A DNA stretch of 64,000 nt from Candidatus Woesearchaeota archaeon (GTDB lineage: Archaea; Nanobdellota; Nanobdellia; Woesearchaeales; SM23-78). The notes beneath the pieces are model-generated. The model was not told the origin of the DNA, did no database searches, and saw only the letters and a program-made list of their open reading frames with translations. Shown piece after piece: positions 45,773 through 55,729 of this stretch. How positions within the stretch are numbered: the stretch's first letter is position 1; every line of letters begins with the position of its first letter. The translations under genes and the position numbers were made by a program. The stretch spans positions 19,691-83,690 of the forward strand of contig JAFGBP010000042.1 of assembly GCA_016933095.1 (NCBI GenBank). Direction: 5' to 3'.

Positions 45773-48222
45773 TGGGAATGCTCGGAATCACAAGCTTCCT
45801 CAATCCTGAAGCGTATTATCTTCTCATACCGGCGGCGGCCATACTCGCAGCTATAATCATGTTCAACTTCGTCTCTAACGAGATAGGCAACAGGAAAGAG
45901 AGGGGGAGCACAAGAATCATGATCTTGATATCAAAGATGATTATATTAACGCTCCTTATAACAGCCCTTGCACACCCTTACGGCGAAGTCACAATGACAA
46001 GCCAAGGGGATCCGAAGATCGTGCTTCTCGTCGATAACAGCAGCTCGATGAAGCTGCTGGAAACAAGGTTTGTCGAGAGCCTAAAGGCGAGATTCGAAGG
46101 AGAGTTTCCTGTCGTGTTGAAGTACATCGGGTCAGAGAAAGAGTCGGCCATAGGTGAGGAGATACTGAATTACCTAGAGAAGGACACGAACATCCTCCTC
46201 ATATCAGATGGGCAATCAAACTCAGGCGCCTCACTTGATGAAGTGGCCTTGCTTGCAGCCAACCTTAACAGCACCATAAGCGCTGTCAGCCTCTCTGAGA
46301 GGAACTCTGAAATAGGTGTCTACATCACGGGCTCTGACTCTAGCGTGAAGGGAGTGAACAATACTTACGTCGTCCACCTAATCAATCCAAAGGACGAGAA
46401 GGCAAACTTGAGGGTGCTCATAGACAACGAGGAGATAATTAACCAGGAAGTTAAGGGAGACTATTACTCGTTCCAGAAGAGCTTTGATGAAGGCACGCAC
46501 AAGATCGTCGCAGAGGTATCGTCGCTATCTGACTTCTTCCTTGAGAACAACCGGTTCTACAAGACCGTGAGCGTCGTGAAAAAGCCCCGAATTCTCCTAG
46601 TGCAGGACTCGTACGATCCTGTGGAGCAGATCTTCAACGGGCTATACGAAGTCACAAAATCAGACCGAATACCGGATAACTTGGACGAGTATTACGCCAT
46701 CATCCTGAATGATATGCCAGGCAGTGTTAAAGGGACTGAGAATCTTGCAGACTACCTCATAGACAAGGAAGGAGGGTATTATGGGAACGGGCTCTTTGTC
46801 ATCGGAGGATTTGACAGCTTCGACCGTGGAGGGTATAAGGGATCCGTCCTTGAGTCATACCTGCCAGTAACCGTGGGCAAGGCTGCAAAGAAGAGGGGAT
46901 CAAGCAACATCGCGATCGCAATTGACTTTTCAGGCACCACAGGCACCAGATGGTACTGCCCTAACCCTCCAGAAGTCGGGTGCAGGAAAGGAGAATGGGT
47001 TGAGGAAAAATCAGACGTCCAGGAAGTCAACAAGGCATTGGCATCAAGCATCATAAAGAGTCTTGGACCTGACAATACTGTGGGTGTCAGCATCTTCAGC
47101 AGCCAAAGCGGCACAGTGCAGGAACTAGCCCCGCTGTTCATGATCAAGGAGGAGCTGCTTGACAAGATCGCGAGGATTCAGCAGCCACCAGGACAGTCAT
47201 TCTTCAACATCGGACTGACAGGAGCATATCTCCTGCTGAAGGATCATGTTGGCAGCAACAACATCATACTTATAACCGACGGCCAGACAGGAAGTGATGA
47301 GATTAAGAAGACTACGATTGATACGGCAAAGACCCTAAGCGAGCGGGGCGTGAAGGTTTACGTGGTAGGCACTGGAAGGAGCGTGAACGATGCCTTCCTC
47401 AAGGACATCGCATACAACGGCCGAGGAGTATACTTCCCGGCTGACAAGTCCAATAATTTGAAGATACTCTTTGGCGAAGCCGCAGAGAGCAAGTTTGGGG
47501 AGGTATTTGACCTGTTCATCCTCAACCCTTATCACTTCATAACCCAAGGGCTTGCGCTTGACGCATCACTTTATGGCTTCAACCAGGTCATTCCGAAGAG
47601 CAACGCGATAACGCTTGTCACGACCCAGCACGGGGAGCCGGCGGTCACAGTCTGGAATTACGGCCTAGGACGTGTAGCCACCCTTAACGTGTTCAGCGGA
47701 AACAACAACCTAGGAGAGCTCATGAATAGCAGGAACTCAGTCCTCCTAACGAGAATCACTAACTGGGTCATAGGAGACCCGCAGAGAAAGGAGGATTATT
47801 ACGTCACAATATCAGACGCACGCGTGAACAAGCCTACCGATGTCATAATCAAGAGCGTCAAGTATCCTGATACTGAAGGAATCACCCTGACGAAGATTGG
47901 AGAGAACCAGTACAAGACAATAGTAACTCCTGAGGAAACTGGATTCAGCAGTATCATAGGAAAGGAATACGCTATTAACTATGAGGAAGAGTTCCAAAAC
48001 GTCGGAATGAACTCGAAAATGGAAGCAATAGTAGGCATGAGCGGCGGAAAGCTCTTTGAGCCTAAGGACGTGGATGAGATGATTGACTTTGTCAAGTCAG
48101 TCTCAAAGAAGACAAGACGGGAGAGGACCACGATCGTCTGGCCCTTCTTGATAGCAGCCGCCTGCGTATTCCTGATAGAATTGTTATATAGGAAGATCAG
48201 GGAGTATCGCCTAAACGGGTAA
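45769..48222 (+). CDS. vWA and glutamine-amidotransferase-like membrane protein
   Basis: LVDNSSSM, ISDG, GLFVIGG..SF..GGY, IDFSGT, ITDG, WNYGLGRV. Confidence 0.85.
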   Translation: MMGMLGITSFLNPEAYYLLIPAAAILAAIIMFNFVSNEIGNRKERGSTRIMILISKMIILTLLITALAHPYGEVTMTSQGDPKIVLLVDNSSSMKLLETRFVESLKARFEGEFPVVLKYIGSEKESAIGEEILNYLEKDTNILLISDGQSNSGASLDEVALLAANLNSTISAVSLSERNSEIGVYITGSDSSVKGVNNTYVVHLINPKDEKANLRVLIDNEEIINQEVKGDYYSFQKSFDEGTHKIVAEVSSLSDFFLENNRFYKTVSVVKKPRILLVQDSYDPVEQIFNGLYEVTKSDRIPDNLDEYYAIILNDMPGSVKGTENLADYLIDKEGGYYGNGLFVIGGFDSFDRGGYKGSVLESYLPVTVGKAAKKRGSSNIAIAIDFSGTTGTRWYCPNPPEVGCRKGEWVEEKSDVQEVNKALASSIIKSLGPDNTVGVSIFSSQSGTVQELAPLFMIKEELLDKIARIQQPPGQSFFNIGLTGAYLLLKDHVGSNNIILITDGQTGSDEIKKTTIDTAKTLSERGVKVYVVGTGRSVNDAFLKDIAYNGRGVYFPADKSNNLKILFGEAAESKFGEVFDLFILNPYHFITQGLALDASLYGFNQVIPKSNAITLVTTQHGEPAVTVWNYGLGRVATLNVFSGNNNLGELMNSRNSVLLTRITNWVIGDPQRKEDYYVTISDARVNKPTDVIIKSVKYPDTEGITLTKIGENQYKTIVTPEETGFSSIIGKEYAINYEEEFQNVGMNSKMEAIVGMSGGKLFEPKDVDEMIDFVKSVSKKTRRERTTIVWPFLIAAACVFLIELLYRKIREYRLNG

Positions 48223-48370
48223 TTGATGATAGAGTGGCAGGACGCATTAGCAAGGGCGAGGATGCAAGGAGAAGATTAGTGAGCAAATGCGCCAAACCAA
48301 TCGAAAATAGCCAAAAAATAAAAAGAGGCAAAGACAATCATAACGTGGAACGATGCGTGAAGGTGATTAG

Positions 48371-48883
48371 ATGAGCGAATTCATGGGAAAAAAGATAAAT
48401 TTCTTCCTTGTGATAATGATAATGCTCGTACTGTGCGGGATGGGCATGCTGAGCATTTACTACCAAGTCACTTTCAAGAACTTTGACAAGAGATTCCAGG
48501 ACCTGAACCAGGACTACGGCTCCTGCCAGCAAAACCTCACTTACGCAGTGAGCACGCTCCAGCAGACCATCAGGAACCTTAACAATACAGAGAGCGACAT
48601 AAGGAAGTATGACACTCTCTACGAGCAAAAGGCACAGGAACTCTCTGACATTGAAAGCACACTCAAGGAAACCCAGACTAAGCTGCAGAGCGAGACTATG
48701 TTCAAGGAGCAGTTCAAGAAGAAGGCTGAGAACTATGAAAAGCAGATCCTTGAACAGACAGAGGAGCTGGAGGAGATTCGAAAGCAGAACAACGCGCTGC
48801 AGTTCCAAGTAAACGTCCTTAACGAGAGGGTAGAATGCCTTGACGAGGAGATAGAGAGCTATGAATACACGTGCTATGAATGA
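48371..48883 (+). CDS. membrane-anchored coiled-coil protein
   Basis: N-terminal TM then heptad repeats; AGGTGA RBS. Confidence 0.7.
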   Translation: MSEFMGKKINFFLVIMIMLVLCGMGMLSIYYQVTFKNFDKRFQDLNQDYGSCQQNLTYAVSTLQQTIRNLNNTESDIRKYDTLYEQKAQELSDIESTLKETQTKLQSETMFKEQFKKKAENYEKQILEQTEELEEIRKQNNALQFQVNVLNERVECLDEEIESYEYTCYE

Positions 48884-48960
48884 GTGAGGAAAAGACTGAC
48901 AAAGCACATCTTAGCCGTGACGATTGGATTATGGCTTTATCTTTCCGATAAAGGGAGAAA

Positions 48961-49764
48961 GTGGAAGAGATGAACAAGGTAAGGATATTATTCAACGAGG
49001 TGAAATTTGAGCTGCTAAAGGTAAGCCTGATGAACAGTTTCCTGGACGCGCTCATGATGTTCTTCCTCATATACTTCGTCATCTCACTCTTCAACGTGAA
49101 GCTTGAGTACGCCCTTACCATCCCTGGGATCATAAGCTTCATATTCTTCGTGGCGACGTTCATCAAAAGGACTCAGAACAGCAGGCTTAAGGATATGGAG
49201 AAGGCCAACCCGCAGCTGCGGGAGATCCTTAGGACGGCGCACGACAATCAGGAAGAGGACAACATCCTGGTCCAGGCACTTTTTAGGGACTTAAAGGAGA
49301 AGCTCAGGAACGCGTCGTCAGGAAACCTTATAGACTCGAAGAAGATAACGACGAGGGTGATAAGCGCGATCACGATCGTCTTCCTCATCTTGTTCCTATC
49401 AACCGTCACGATTAACATTCAAAAGATTGACATACCATTCGACAAGCTCAAATTCCTGACAGACTTAGACGCAAAGGAAAGGACTGAAGGCAACATCACA
49501 GAGCTGGTGTTCAACCAGACGGACGTGATATACGGTGATGCAAGCATCGCAAAGCTCGGGAATGACGTCGTGAACATCAAGGTGAACCCGACGATAGGCG
49601 AAATCGACCTTACAAAGACGAGCGAGGTAGAGGAAAAGGAGCTTGTAAGCGGGGCAATCCCCCAGGAGATCAGCATAAGCTCGGACGCTTACAGCAACCA
49701 GCAGATACTTGAAGAGGCAGAGGCTGCGGTGAACTACAGCCAGAGGATCAGCAAGATATCATGA
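48961..49764 (+). CDS. membrane protein of the MoxR-vWA operon
   Basis: 3 TM helices, EKANPQLREILRTAHDN. Confidence 0.7.
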   Translation: MEEMNKVRILFNEVKFELLKVSLMNSFLDALMMFFLIYFVISLFNVKLEYALTIPGIISFIFFVATFIKRTQNSRLKDMEKANPQLREILRTAHDNQEEDNILVQALFRDLKEKLRNASSGNLIDSKKITTRVISAITIVFLILFLSTVTINIQKIDIPFDKLKFLTDLDAKERTEGNITELVFNQTDVIYGDASIAKLGNDVVNIKVNPTIGEIDLTKTSEVEEKELVSGAIPQEISISSDAYSNQQILEEAEAAVNYSQRISKIS

Positions 49765-49843
49765 TGACAGATGGAGGAATAGACTAATGCTATCAGCAGC
49801 AGGATCATGATGCAACAGATGATATTGGAGGAGTGATGTAAAA

Positions 49844-50806
49844 ATGGCAAATGCAAAAGACCTTGAAAGCGTAAAAAATATTGAGAAGCTCAAGGAGACG
49901 TTCAACAACATAAAAAGCGAGATAGGAAAGATTATCGTGGGGCAAGAAGAAGTGATAGAACAGATCCTGATAGCAATCCTGTGCGACTCAAACGCCTTGC
50001 TGGAAAGCTACCCTGGACTCGGAAAGACAACGCTTATCAAGACCATCAGCCAGATAATGGACTTGGGATTCAGCAGGATACAGAACACGCCTGACCTCAT
50101 GCCCTCAGACATTATAGGGACGTACCTTATCGATGAGGACAAAGGAAAGAAGGTGTTCAGGTTCCAGAAGGGGCCTATATTCGCGAACACCATCCTCGCA
50201 GACGAGATCAACAGGGCGACCCCGAAGACGCAGTCAGCCCTCCTAGAGGCCATGCAGGAGAAGCAGGTCACGGTCGGAAACCAGACTTTCGAGCTCGACA
50301 AGCCGTTCTTTGTCCTGGCAACTCAGAACCCGATAGACATGGAAGGGACATACCCGCTGCCCGAAGCACAGGTCGACAGGTTCCTCCTCAAGATCCTTGT
50401 AAATTATCCGACTTTCGAGGACGAGTTTGAGGTCATGAACAGGTTCACCAAGACGCACGTGAAGACAGAGGTGAAGACCCTTCTTAGCAAGGATTCTGTC
50501 CTGTTATTGCAGAACCTCACGAGGCAGGTCCCTATAGCTGATGACATCAAGAAGAAGGCCTTGAAGATCGTCCACAAGACCAGAAGCAACAAGGACCTCA
50601 TAGAGTACGGAGCTTCACCCAGGGCCAGCATCGGACTCATACTCGCCGCCAAGGCCAAGGCACTAGTCAACGGCCGGAAGTTCGTGAGCGAGAAGGACAT
50701 TGAAGAAATGGCATTCCCAGTCCTGCGTCACAGGCTAATCCTGAGCTTCAAGGCAGAGAGGGATGGAAAGACAGCGGACGACGTGATAAGGGAACTGCTG
50801 AAATAG
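49844..50806 (+). CDS. moxR: MoxR-family AAA+ ATPase
   Basis: PGLGKT, RIQNTPDLMPSDIIG, LADEINRATPKTQSALLEAMQE, ATQNPID.EGTYPLPEAQVDRF. Confidence 0.95.
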   Translation: MANAKDLESVKNIEKLKETFNNIKSEIGKIIVGQEEVIEQILIAILCDSNALLESYPGLGKTTLIKTISQIMDLGFSRIQNTPDLMPSDIIGTYLIDEDKGKKVFRFQKGPIFANTILADEINRATPKTQSALLEAMQEKQVTVGNQTFELDKPFFVLATQNPIDMEGTYPLPEAQVDRFLLKILVNYPTFEDEFEVMNRFTKTHVKTEVKTLLSKDSVLLLQNLTRQVPIADDIKKKALKIVHKTRSNKDLIEYGASPRASIGLILAAKAKALVNGRKFVSEKDIEEMAFPVLRHRLILSFKAERDGKTADDVIRELLK

Positions 50807-50953
50807 ACCGCGACCCAAACCTGCATCCAAGCAGCTCCACGTTCCGTCCCCATGGCAACTCGTCTGACGCAACCGAGTCTCGATACAGTCTGAACAGGCA
50901 ATGACAGACTTCACTTGGTGGAGCTGCTTGCAAAGGTAAAGAAGAGAAGAAAA

Positions 50954-51805
50954 ATGATCGACACCGCATTCCTAAGGCAGCTTGACCGCTTCCACCTAGT
51001 CCTCAAGAAGAGAGTGCTCTCCAACTATCAGGGAGAGAGGCAAAGCCACGCGCAAGGGTCAGGCCTGACGTTCGCAGACTACAAGGACTACGTCCCAGGA
51101 GACGACTTCAGGAACATCGACTGGAAGGTGTTCGCCAGGACCAACAAGCTCTACATCAAGAAGTACGAGGAGGAAAGGGACTTGTCAGTCCACATAATAG
51201 TGGATGCCAGCAGCAGCATGGACTACGGGAAGCAGATAAAGAAGTTCGAGTACGCGAGCATGATAGGCATAGGGTTCGCCTACATGGCGCTCAAGAACAA
51301 CGAGAAGTTCAACTTCTCGACTTTTGCAGACCAGCTCAACTACTTCAAAGCTAAGAAAGGAATGAACCAGCTTCTCGAGATCATAAAGAGGCTTGAGAAG
51401 CAGAAGATAACCGGGAACTCGAAGCTTGAAGGCGCGTTCGAGGAATACAAGAAGTTCATGCACAACAAGGGATTCGTCGTGGTGATATCAGACTTCCTAT
51501 ACGACCTCGAGGAGATAAAGAGCGTCATATCAAGGTTCACGAAACACGAGGTCGTGATAATCCAAGTACTAGACCCTGAGGAAAGGAAGCTTGCGCTCTA
51601 CGGCGACGTGATGCTCGAGGACAGCGAGATGCACACGAAGCTGCGCACGTTCATATCCAACAGGCTGCTCAAGAACTATAGGGAGAAGCTCGAAGGCCAC
51701 ATCTACTCGATAAAGGACGCGTGCGAGAAGATGGGAGCAGACTTCATAAGCATAACATCCGACAGGCCGATATTCGAAGCATTCTACGCTGCGCTGAAAG
51801 TATGA
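50954..51805 (+). CDS. DUF58 domain protein
   Basis: FADYKDYVPGDDFRNIDWK, VDASSSM, VISDF. Confidence 0.92.
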   Translation: MIDTAFLRQLDRFHLVLKKRVLSNYQGERQSHAQGSGLTFADYKDYVPGDDFRNIDWKVFARTNKLYIKKYEEERDLSVHIIVDASSSMDYGKQIKKFEYASMIGIGFAYMALKNNEKFNFSTFADQLNYFKAKKGMNQLLEIIKRLEKQKITGNSKLEGAFEEYKKFMHNKGFVVVISDFLYDLEEIKSVISRFTKHEVVIIQVLDPEERKLALYGDVMLEDSEMHTKLRTFISNRLLKNYREKLEGHIYSIKDACEKMGADFISITSDRPIFEAFYAALKV

Positions 51806-52015
51806 GAGTAAAGCATGGAAACAGCAGACCTAAAAGGCAAGGCATCAAACATACTGACTAGTTAACATTCACCAATAATTTTCTTTCCTCAGCACTCCAA
51901 ACCAAGCGAAGCATACGATGACAACGGGCCATTTAAGCGCCGAAAAGCCATCTTTCTTTTTATTATACCTACATTAAACGAAATATTTAAATAAGCGTAG
52001 GTATAACTGTCTTTC

Positions 52016-52981
52016 ATGGTCCACGTGCAAGAAAGGAAATTAAAGGGGAAGTCTTACCTGTATCTTGACAAATCCATAAGGATCGGAGGGAAAGTATTCA
52101 AGATATCAAAGTACCTCGGGGTGAAGGCAGACTTATCAAAAGCCAGAATAAACGATGAGATGAAGAAATTCTCATTGGAACTTGATGAAAAGATAGTCTC
52201 GTACCTGACGAAGCACATTGAAAATAATTTCAAGATCCAATATCCGTTAATACAAGAGGAAGTCAGGAAAATCGAGGAGATGAACCTGAAGTACAAAGAG
52301 ATAAAGAGATCATTAACCAGAAGCGACTGGCTGGACATAAAAAAGAGATTCATAGCAAATTTCATTTTCGAATCCAATGCATTGGAAGGCAATTCATTGA
52401 CATTGAAGAACTTCTCAGAGATAATCTTTGAAAACAAAACGGCCGCCTCAACAGACCTTCGGGAGGTTTATGATGCAAAGAATTCCTATGCTGTCTTTTC
52501 AAAACTGTTCAATGAAAGAAAAGAAATGAGCGAGGCCTCTATTCTGGGCATTCACAGGATGATAATGAAGAACATAGACGAAAGGACCGGATACAAGAAG
52601 ATTCCAAACGTAATCCTAGGAAGGAACATGGAGCTAACCATCCCTGAAAACGTTCCGGAAGAGATGAAAAAACTGATCAGATGGTATGAGGAAAACAACA
52701 AGCTTCACCCATTAGAGCTTGCCTTCAAGTTTCATCATAAATTCGAAAGAATACACCCCTTCGCAGACGGCAACGGCCGTGTGGGAAGAATGCTGCTCAA
52801 CCACATCCTCATCAGAAAAGGATATTATCCTATAATAATAAGGAAGAGCCACAGGAACAGGTATCTGAAAGCCCTTAGAGCGGCCGACCTGGGAAAGTCC
52901 ATCCCATTAATGAGATTCGCCCTGGAACAAGCAAAAGAGACTTACAGGAAATTCTTCGAAGTTTACTACAACTATCTATGA
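52016..52981 (+). CDS. Fic family protein
   Basis: HPFADGNGRVGR; ESNALEGN. Confidence 0.93.
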   Translation: MVHVQERKLKGKSYLYLDKSIRIGGKVFKISKYLGVKADLSKARINDEMKKFSLELDEKIVSYLTKHIENNFKIQYPLIQEEVRKIEEMNLKYKEIKRSLTRSDWLDIKKRFIANFIFESNALEGNSLTLKNFSEIIFENKTAASTDLREVYDAKNSYAVFSKLFNERKEMSEASILGIHRMIMKNIDERTGYKKIPNVILGRNMELTIPENVPEEMKKLIRWYEENNKLHPLELAFKFHHKFERIHPFADGNGRVGRMLLNHILIRKGYYPIIIRKSHRNRYLKALRAADLGKSIPLMRFALEQAKETYRKFFEVYYNYL

Positions 52982-53026
52982 CCTAAGCGACAAAAAATCA
53001 CCACAAAAGAATTTATCAAGGATGGC

Positions 53027-53353
53027 TCAGCGCCTCTTCTTATGAGAAGCCATTGCCTGACCCTTCTCCTCAAGCTCAATCTCAATTCCGCCGATCCAGC
53101 CGGAAAATAAGTTATAGAACACTGAACCGAGAAGGCCTGCTATGAAACCCATAACCGCGTACTGGACCGGGAGCAGAAGAACTATCCAAAAACCCATGCT
53201 AAGCAAGGGATCAGGACCAGACGCCACAGCAATTGAAGGGTCGACGACCTGCATGACAGCCACTATGATCCCGAGGATCAAGCCCATAACAGCCATGAGC
53301 AAGGCCTCTATCTTTGCAAAACTCATAACACCAATCCTTTTTATGACAACCAT
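53027..53353 (-). CDS. small membrane protein (DUF3566-like)
   Basis: IKRIGVMSFAK...YNLFSGWIGGIEIEL. Confidence 0.7.
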   Translation of the reverse strand: MVVIKRIGVMSFAKIEALLMAVMGLILGIIVAVMQVVDPSIAVASGPDPLLSMGFWIVLLLPVQYAVMGFIAGLLGSVFYNLFSGWIGGIEIELEEKGQAMASHKKRR

Positions 53354-53511
53354 CTTGTTGACCTCCGGAAACTCCTTATCAAAGGAGCATAACAGATAAA
53401 TACCCTACAATCTGTTCCGTGGCGAAAAGGATATAAATGTTGCGGTCCGAGATAGAAATGAATAGCGGATTAGCGCGGAGAGTTTTCACCTATTAAACGG
53501 TTGTGAGCCAT

Positions 53512-55104
53512 ATGAGCGAAAGACATGTAGCGTTAGTTTCATATGCCAATGTGAGTTACGGAGGGAAAGTAAGAGGACCAGTCCCGAGCGGACTCATGCT
53601 AGAAGGCACGCCGCATCTTGCCGGCCGGCTTCTAAAAGAAGGCTATATTCCCAGGATCTTTGATTTCAACAGCGTGCGAGGGGTCAGACGCCTCGCAGAA
53701 TCAGGCAGCGAAGCTTATGAAAAGGAATGCGCTCAAGAGATCATATCTTATGCGCGCGAGCATGAAGCTAAACTTGTCGGGTTCACTCTTTACAGCAATG
53801 GTTTCAAAGGCACGGTAAGGATAGCTGAGATGGTAAGAGAAACGCTTCCCGGAATATTCATCATGGGAGGGGGACCTCTGACAACTTGGGTGGAGAAGGC
53901 CATCTTCCGATACACCGACGCATTCGACGTCTTATGCATCGGGGAGGGGGATCTGTCCCTTCCCCGCACAGCCGATTCAATCTATGATGGAAGCATGTCG
54001 TTCTCGGATGCTCCCAACCTATTATTTAAAGACGGAAGCAGAACAAGAAGAGAAGTGACCAACATCTCTGAATTGCCATTTCCAACATATGACCCTCAAT
54101 TCTATCCTGACATAAAACATAAGATACAAATACCTGTATGCAGAGGAAGTGTCGGGTGCCGCTACGGCCAATGCTCTTTTTGCATCCAGCCAAAGACTGA
54201 CGGACCCTTCAGGATCCGGAACATCGATAACCTGCTGCAGGAGATATATTACCTAAAAGAAGAGCACTCATTCAGCAGGATCAGGCTCAGCGATCCCAAC
54301 CCTCCTCCAAAAGAGATGGTCAGGATTGCAGAGGGAATCGAGAGCCGGTTTCCAGGACAGATGAAGGTCTCTTCTTTCAATTATGCGGATGCACTGTATA
54401 ACTTTGAGAAGACAAAAAAGATCCAAGCAGGGGCGTTTGTAGGCATCGAATCATTCGACTTTGAAACGCTCCTAAAGCTGAACAAGACAAGGAACCCAGA
54501 GAAGTACGTGCGGGACGCCACGAGTCTTATTGAAACGGCGAAAAAACAGGGCATCCCCTCGGTCGTGGCCATAATAGTTCCTGTGGCCAACGACACGATC
54601 CGGAGGATAGAATATGATTATAACATGGTAAAGGAGCTCAACCCGGACTTTGTCGTGGGTGTGGCGCTTGGACCCTTGCCAGGGACACAGGATTATTTCT
54701 CTGCCTTGAACTTAGGAGAGGAATCTGGCATAAGGCTCAGTCCAGACTATGAGCATGAGCTGATGTTATGGGAACTTGACTTGCTTCAGCCTCCGTCGGC
54801 ATGGAGCCCTCCTCCCTGGGAACTGAAGGTCGACGGAAAGTTCTGCGGGAACCCTTTCCTGATAAATCACAAGCATTTCCTTGGAAAACTGATTGAAGAG
54901 GGATTCGAACCGGTAGCGGATGAAATTGTGCTCATGGCAGACCTTTTCTATAACGGTCTTCCAACAGAACAAAACGAACGTCGCCAGAAGATAATCCATT
55001 TCAACAAGGAGATCCGGAAAAGCATCGCTACCTCTGATTATGAGAGCCTGGAAAAGATCGTCACGGTGATAAACCACAATCAAAAGTCATCTCTGCGCCG
55101 CTAA
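53512..55104 (+). CDS. B12-binding domain radical SAM protein
   Basis: VGFTL, MGGGP, IGEGD cobalamin-binding-like domain; RGSVGCRYGQCSFC; GIES. Confidence 0.85.
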   Translation: MSERHVALVSYANVSYGGKVRGPVPSGLMLEGTPHLAGRLLKEGYIPRIFDFNSVRGVRRLAESGSEAYEKECAQEIISYAREHEAKLVGFTLYSNGFKGTVRIAEMVRETLPGIFIMGGGPLTTWVEKAIFRYTDAFDVLCIGEGDLSLPRTADSIYDGSMSFSDAPNLLFKDGSRTRREVTNISELPFPTYDPQFYPDIKHKIQIPVCRGSVGCRYGQCSFCIQPKTDGPFRIRNIDNLLQEIYYLKEEHSFSRIRLSDPNPPPKEMVRIAEGIESRFPGQMKVSSFNYADALYNFEKTKKIQAGAFVGIESFDFETLLKLNKTRNPEKYVRDATSLIETAKKQGIPSVVAIIVPVANDTIRRIEYDYNMVKELNPDFVVGVALGPLPGTQDYFSALNLGEESGIRLSPDYEHELMLWELDLLQPPSAWSPPPWELKVDGKFCGNPFLINHKHFLGKLIEEGFEPVADEIVLMADLFYNGLPTEQNERRQKIIHFNKEIRKSIATSDYESLEKIVTVINHNQKSSLRR

Positions 55105-55725
55105 TGGAACCGGCTTGTCTGTCAATTTCGACAGGTCGAACTTGAACTTCTCAGGCAGCTGCCTCTTGATAAGAGAATCTTTCAGATTGAACTCGCTCTT
55201 GTTCTTTATCACGAATTCGCAGTATGGCTTTCCCTGGGCGATGCATTGCGTCTCAATGCAGATCAGATCTTCATTCTGAGTCATCTCTCTAAGAAGAGAA
55301 GTCATGCCTCCGCGGAACAAGACATCTACAGGATATTTCTGTAAGCCGAAAGTCTTCAGGTATTCCTTCGCATAAGTCGACTGGGCCCTCAAGATGTACT
55401 GATTCTTCTCAGTATCGACATGAACCAGATCCACAGTCCCCGCACCTATCATCTCAGCATGACCCTGCTGCATCTCCAATGCTTTCTGAGGAGAATAACC
55501 AAACCGCTTGATCATCATCTTAGCGCCCATCTTCGTCTGGATCTCCAGTATCTTATAGAATACATCGCTGCCTTTCTTCCCGAATTCCTCTTCCAGCAGC
55601 TTATGGACGATCACCATCACGTTCAATGACAACAGGTAGCCCGGAGATCCCAGGACCATAAGATATCCTCCTGCTTCATGCTTAATCTGCTTCTCGAAAA
55701 GCAATTTTCTCATAAAAGGATGCAT
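55087..55725 (-). CDS. V4R (4-vinyl reductase) domain protein
   Basis: GAGTVDLV...ETQCIAQGKPYCEFVI. Confidence 0.8.
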   Translation of the reverse strand: MHPFMRKLLFEKQIKHEAGGYLMVLGSPGYLLSLNVMVIVHKLLEEEFGKKGSDVFYKILEIQTKMGAKMMIKRFGYSPQKALEMQQGHAEMIGAGTVDLVHVDTEKNQYILRAQSTYAKEYLKTFGLQKYPVDVLFRGGMTSLLREMTQNEDLICIETQCIAQGKPYCEFVIKNKSEFNLKDSLIKRQLPEKFKFDLSKLTDKPVPLAAQR

Positions 55726-55729
55726 ACGA

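Noticed and set aside
50806..50915. GC-rich spacer between moxR and DUF58 as an ncRNA or MITE
   Set aside because: No clear TIR, TSD or recognisable RNA motif
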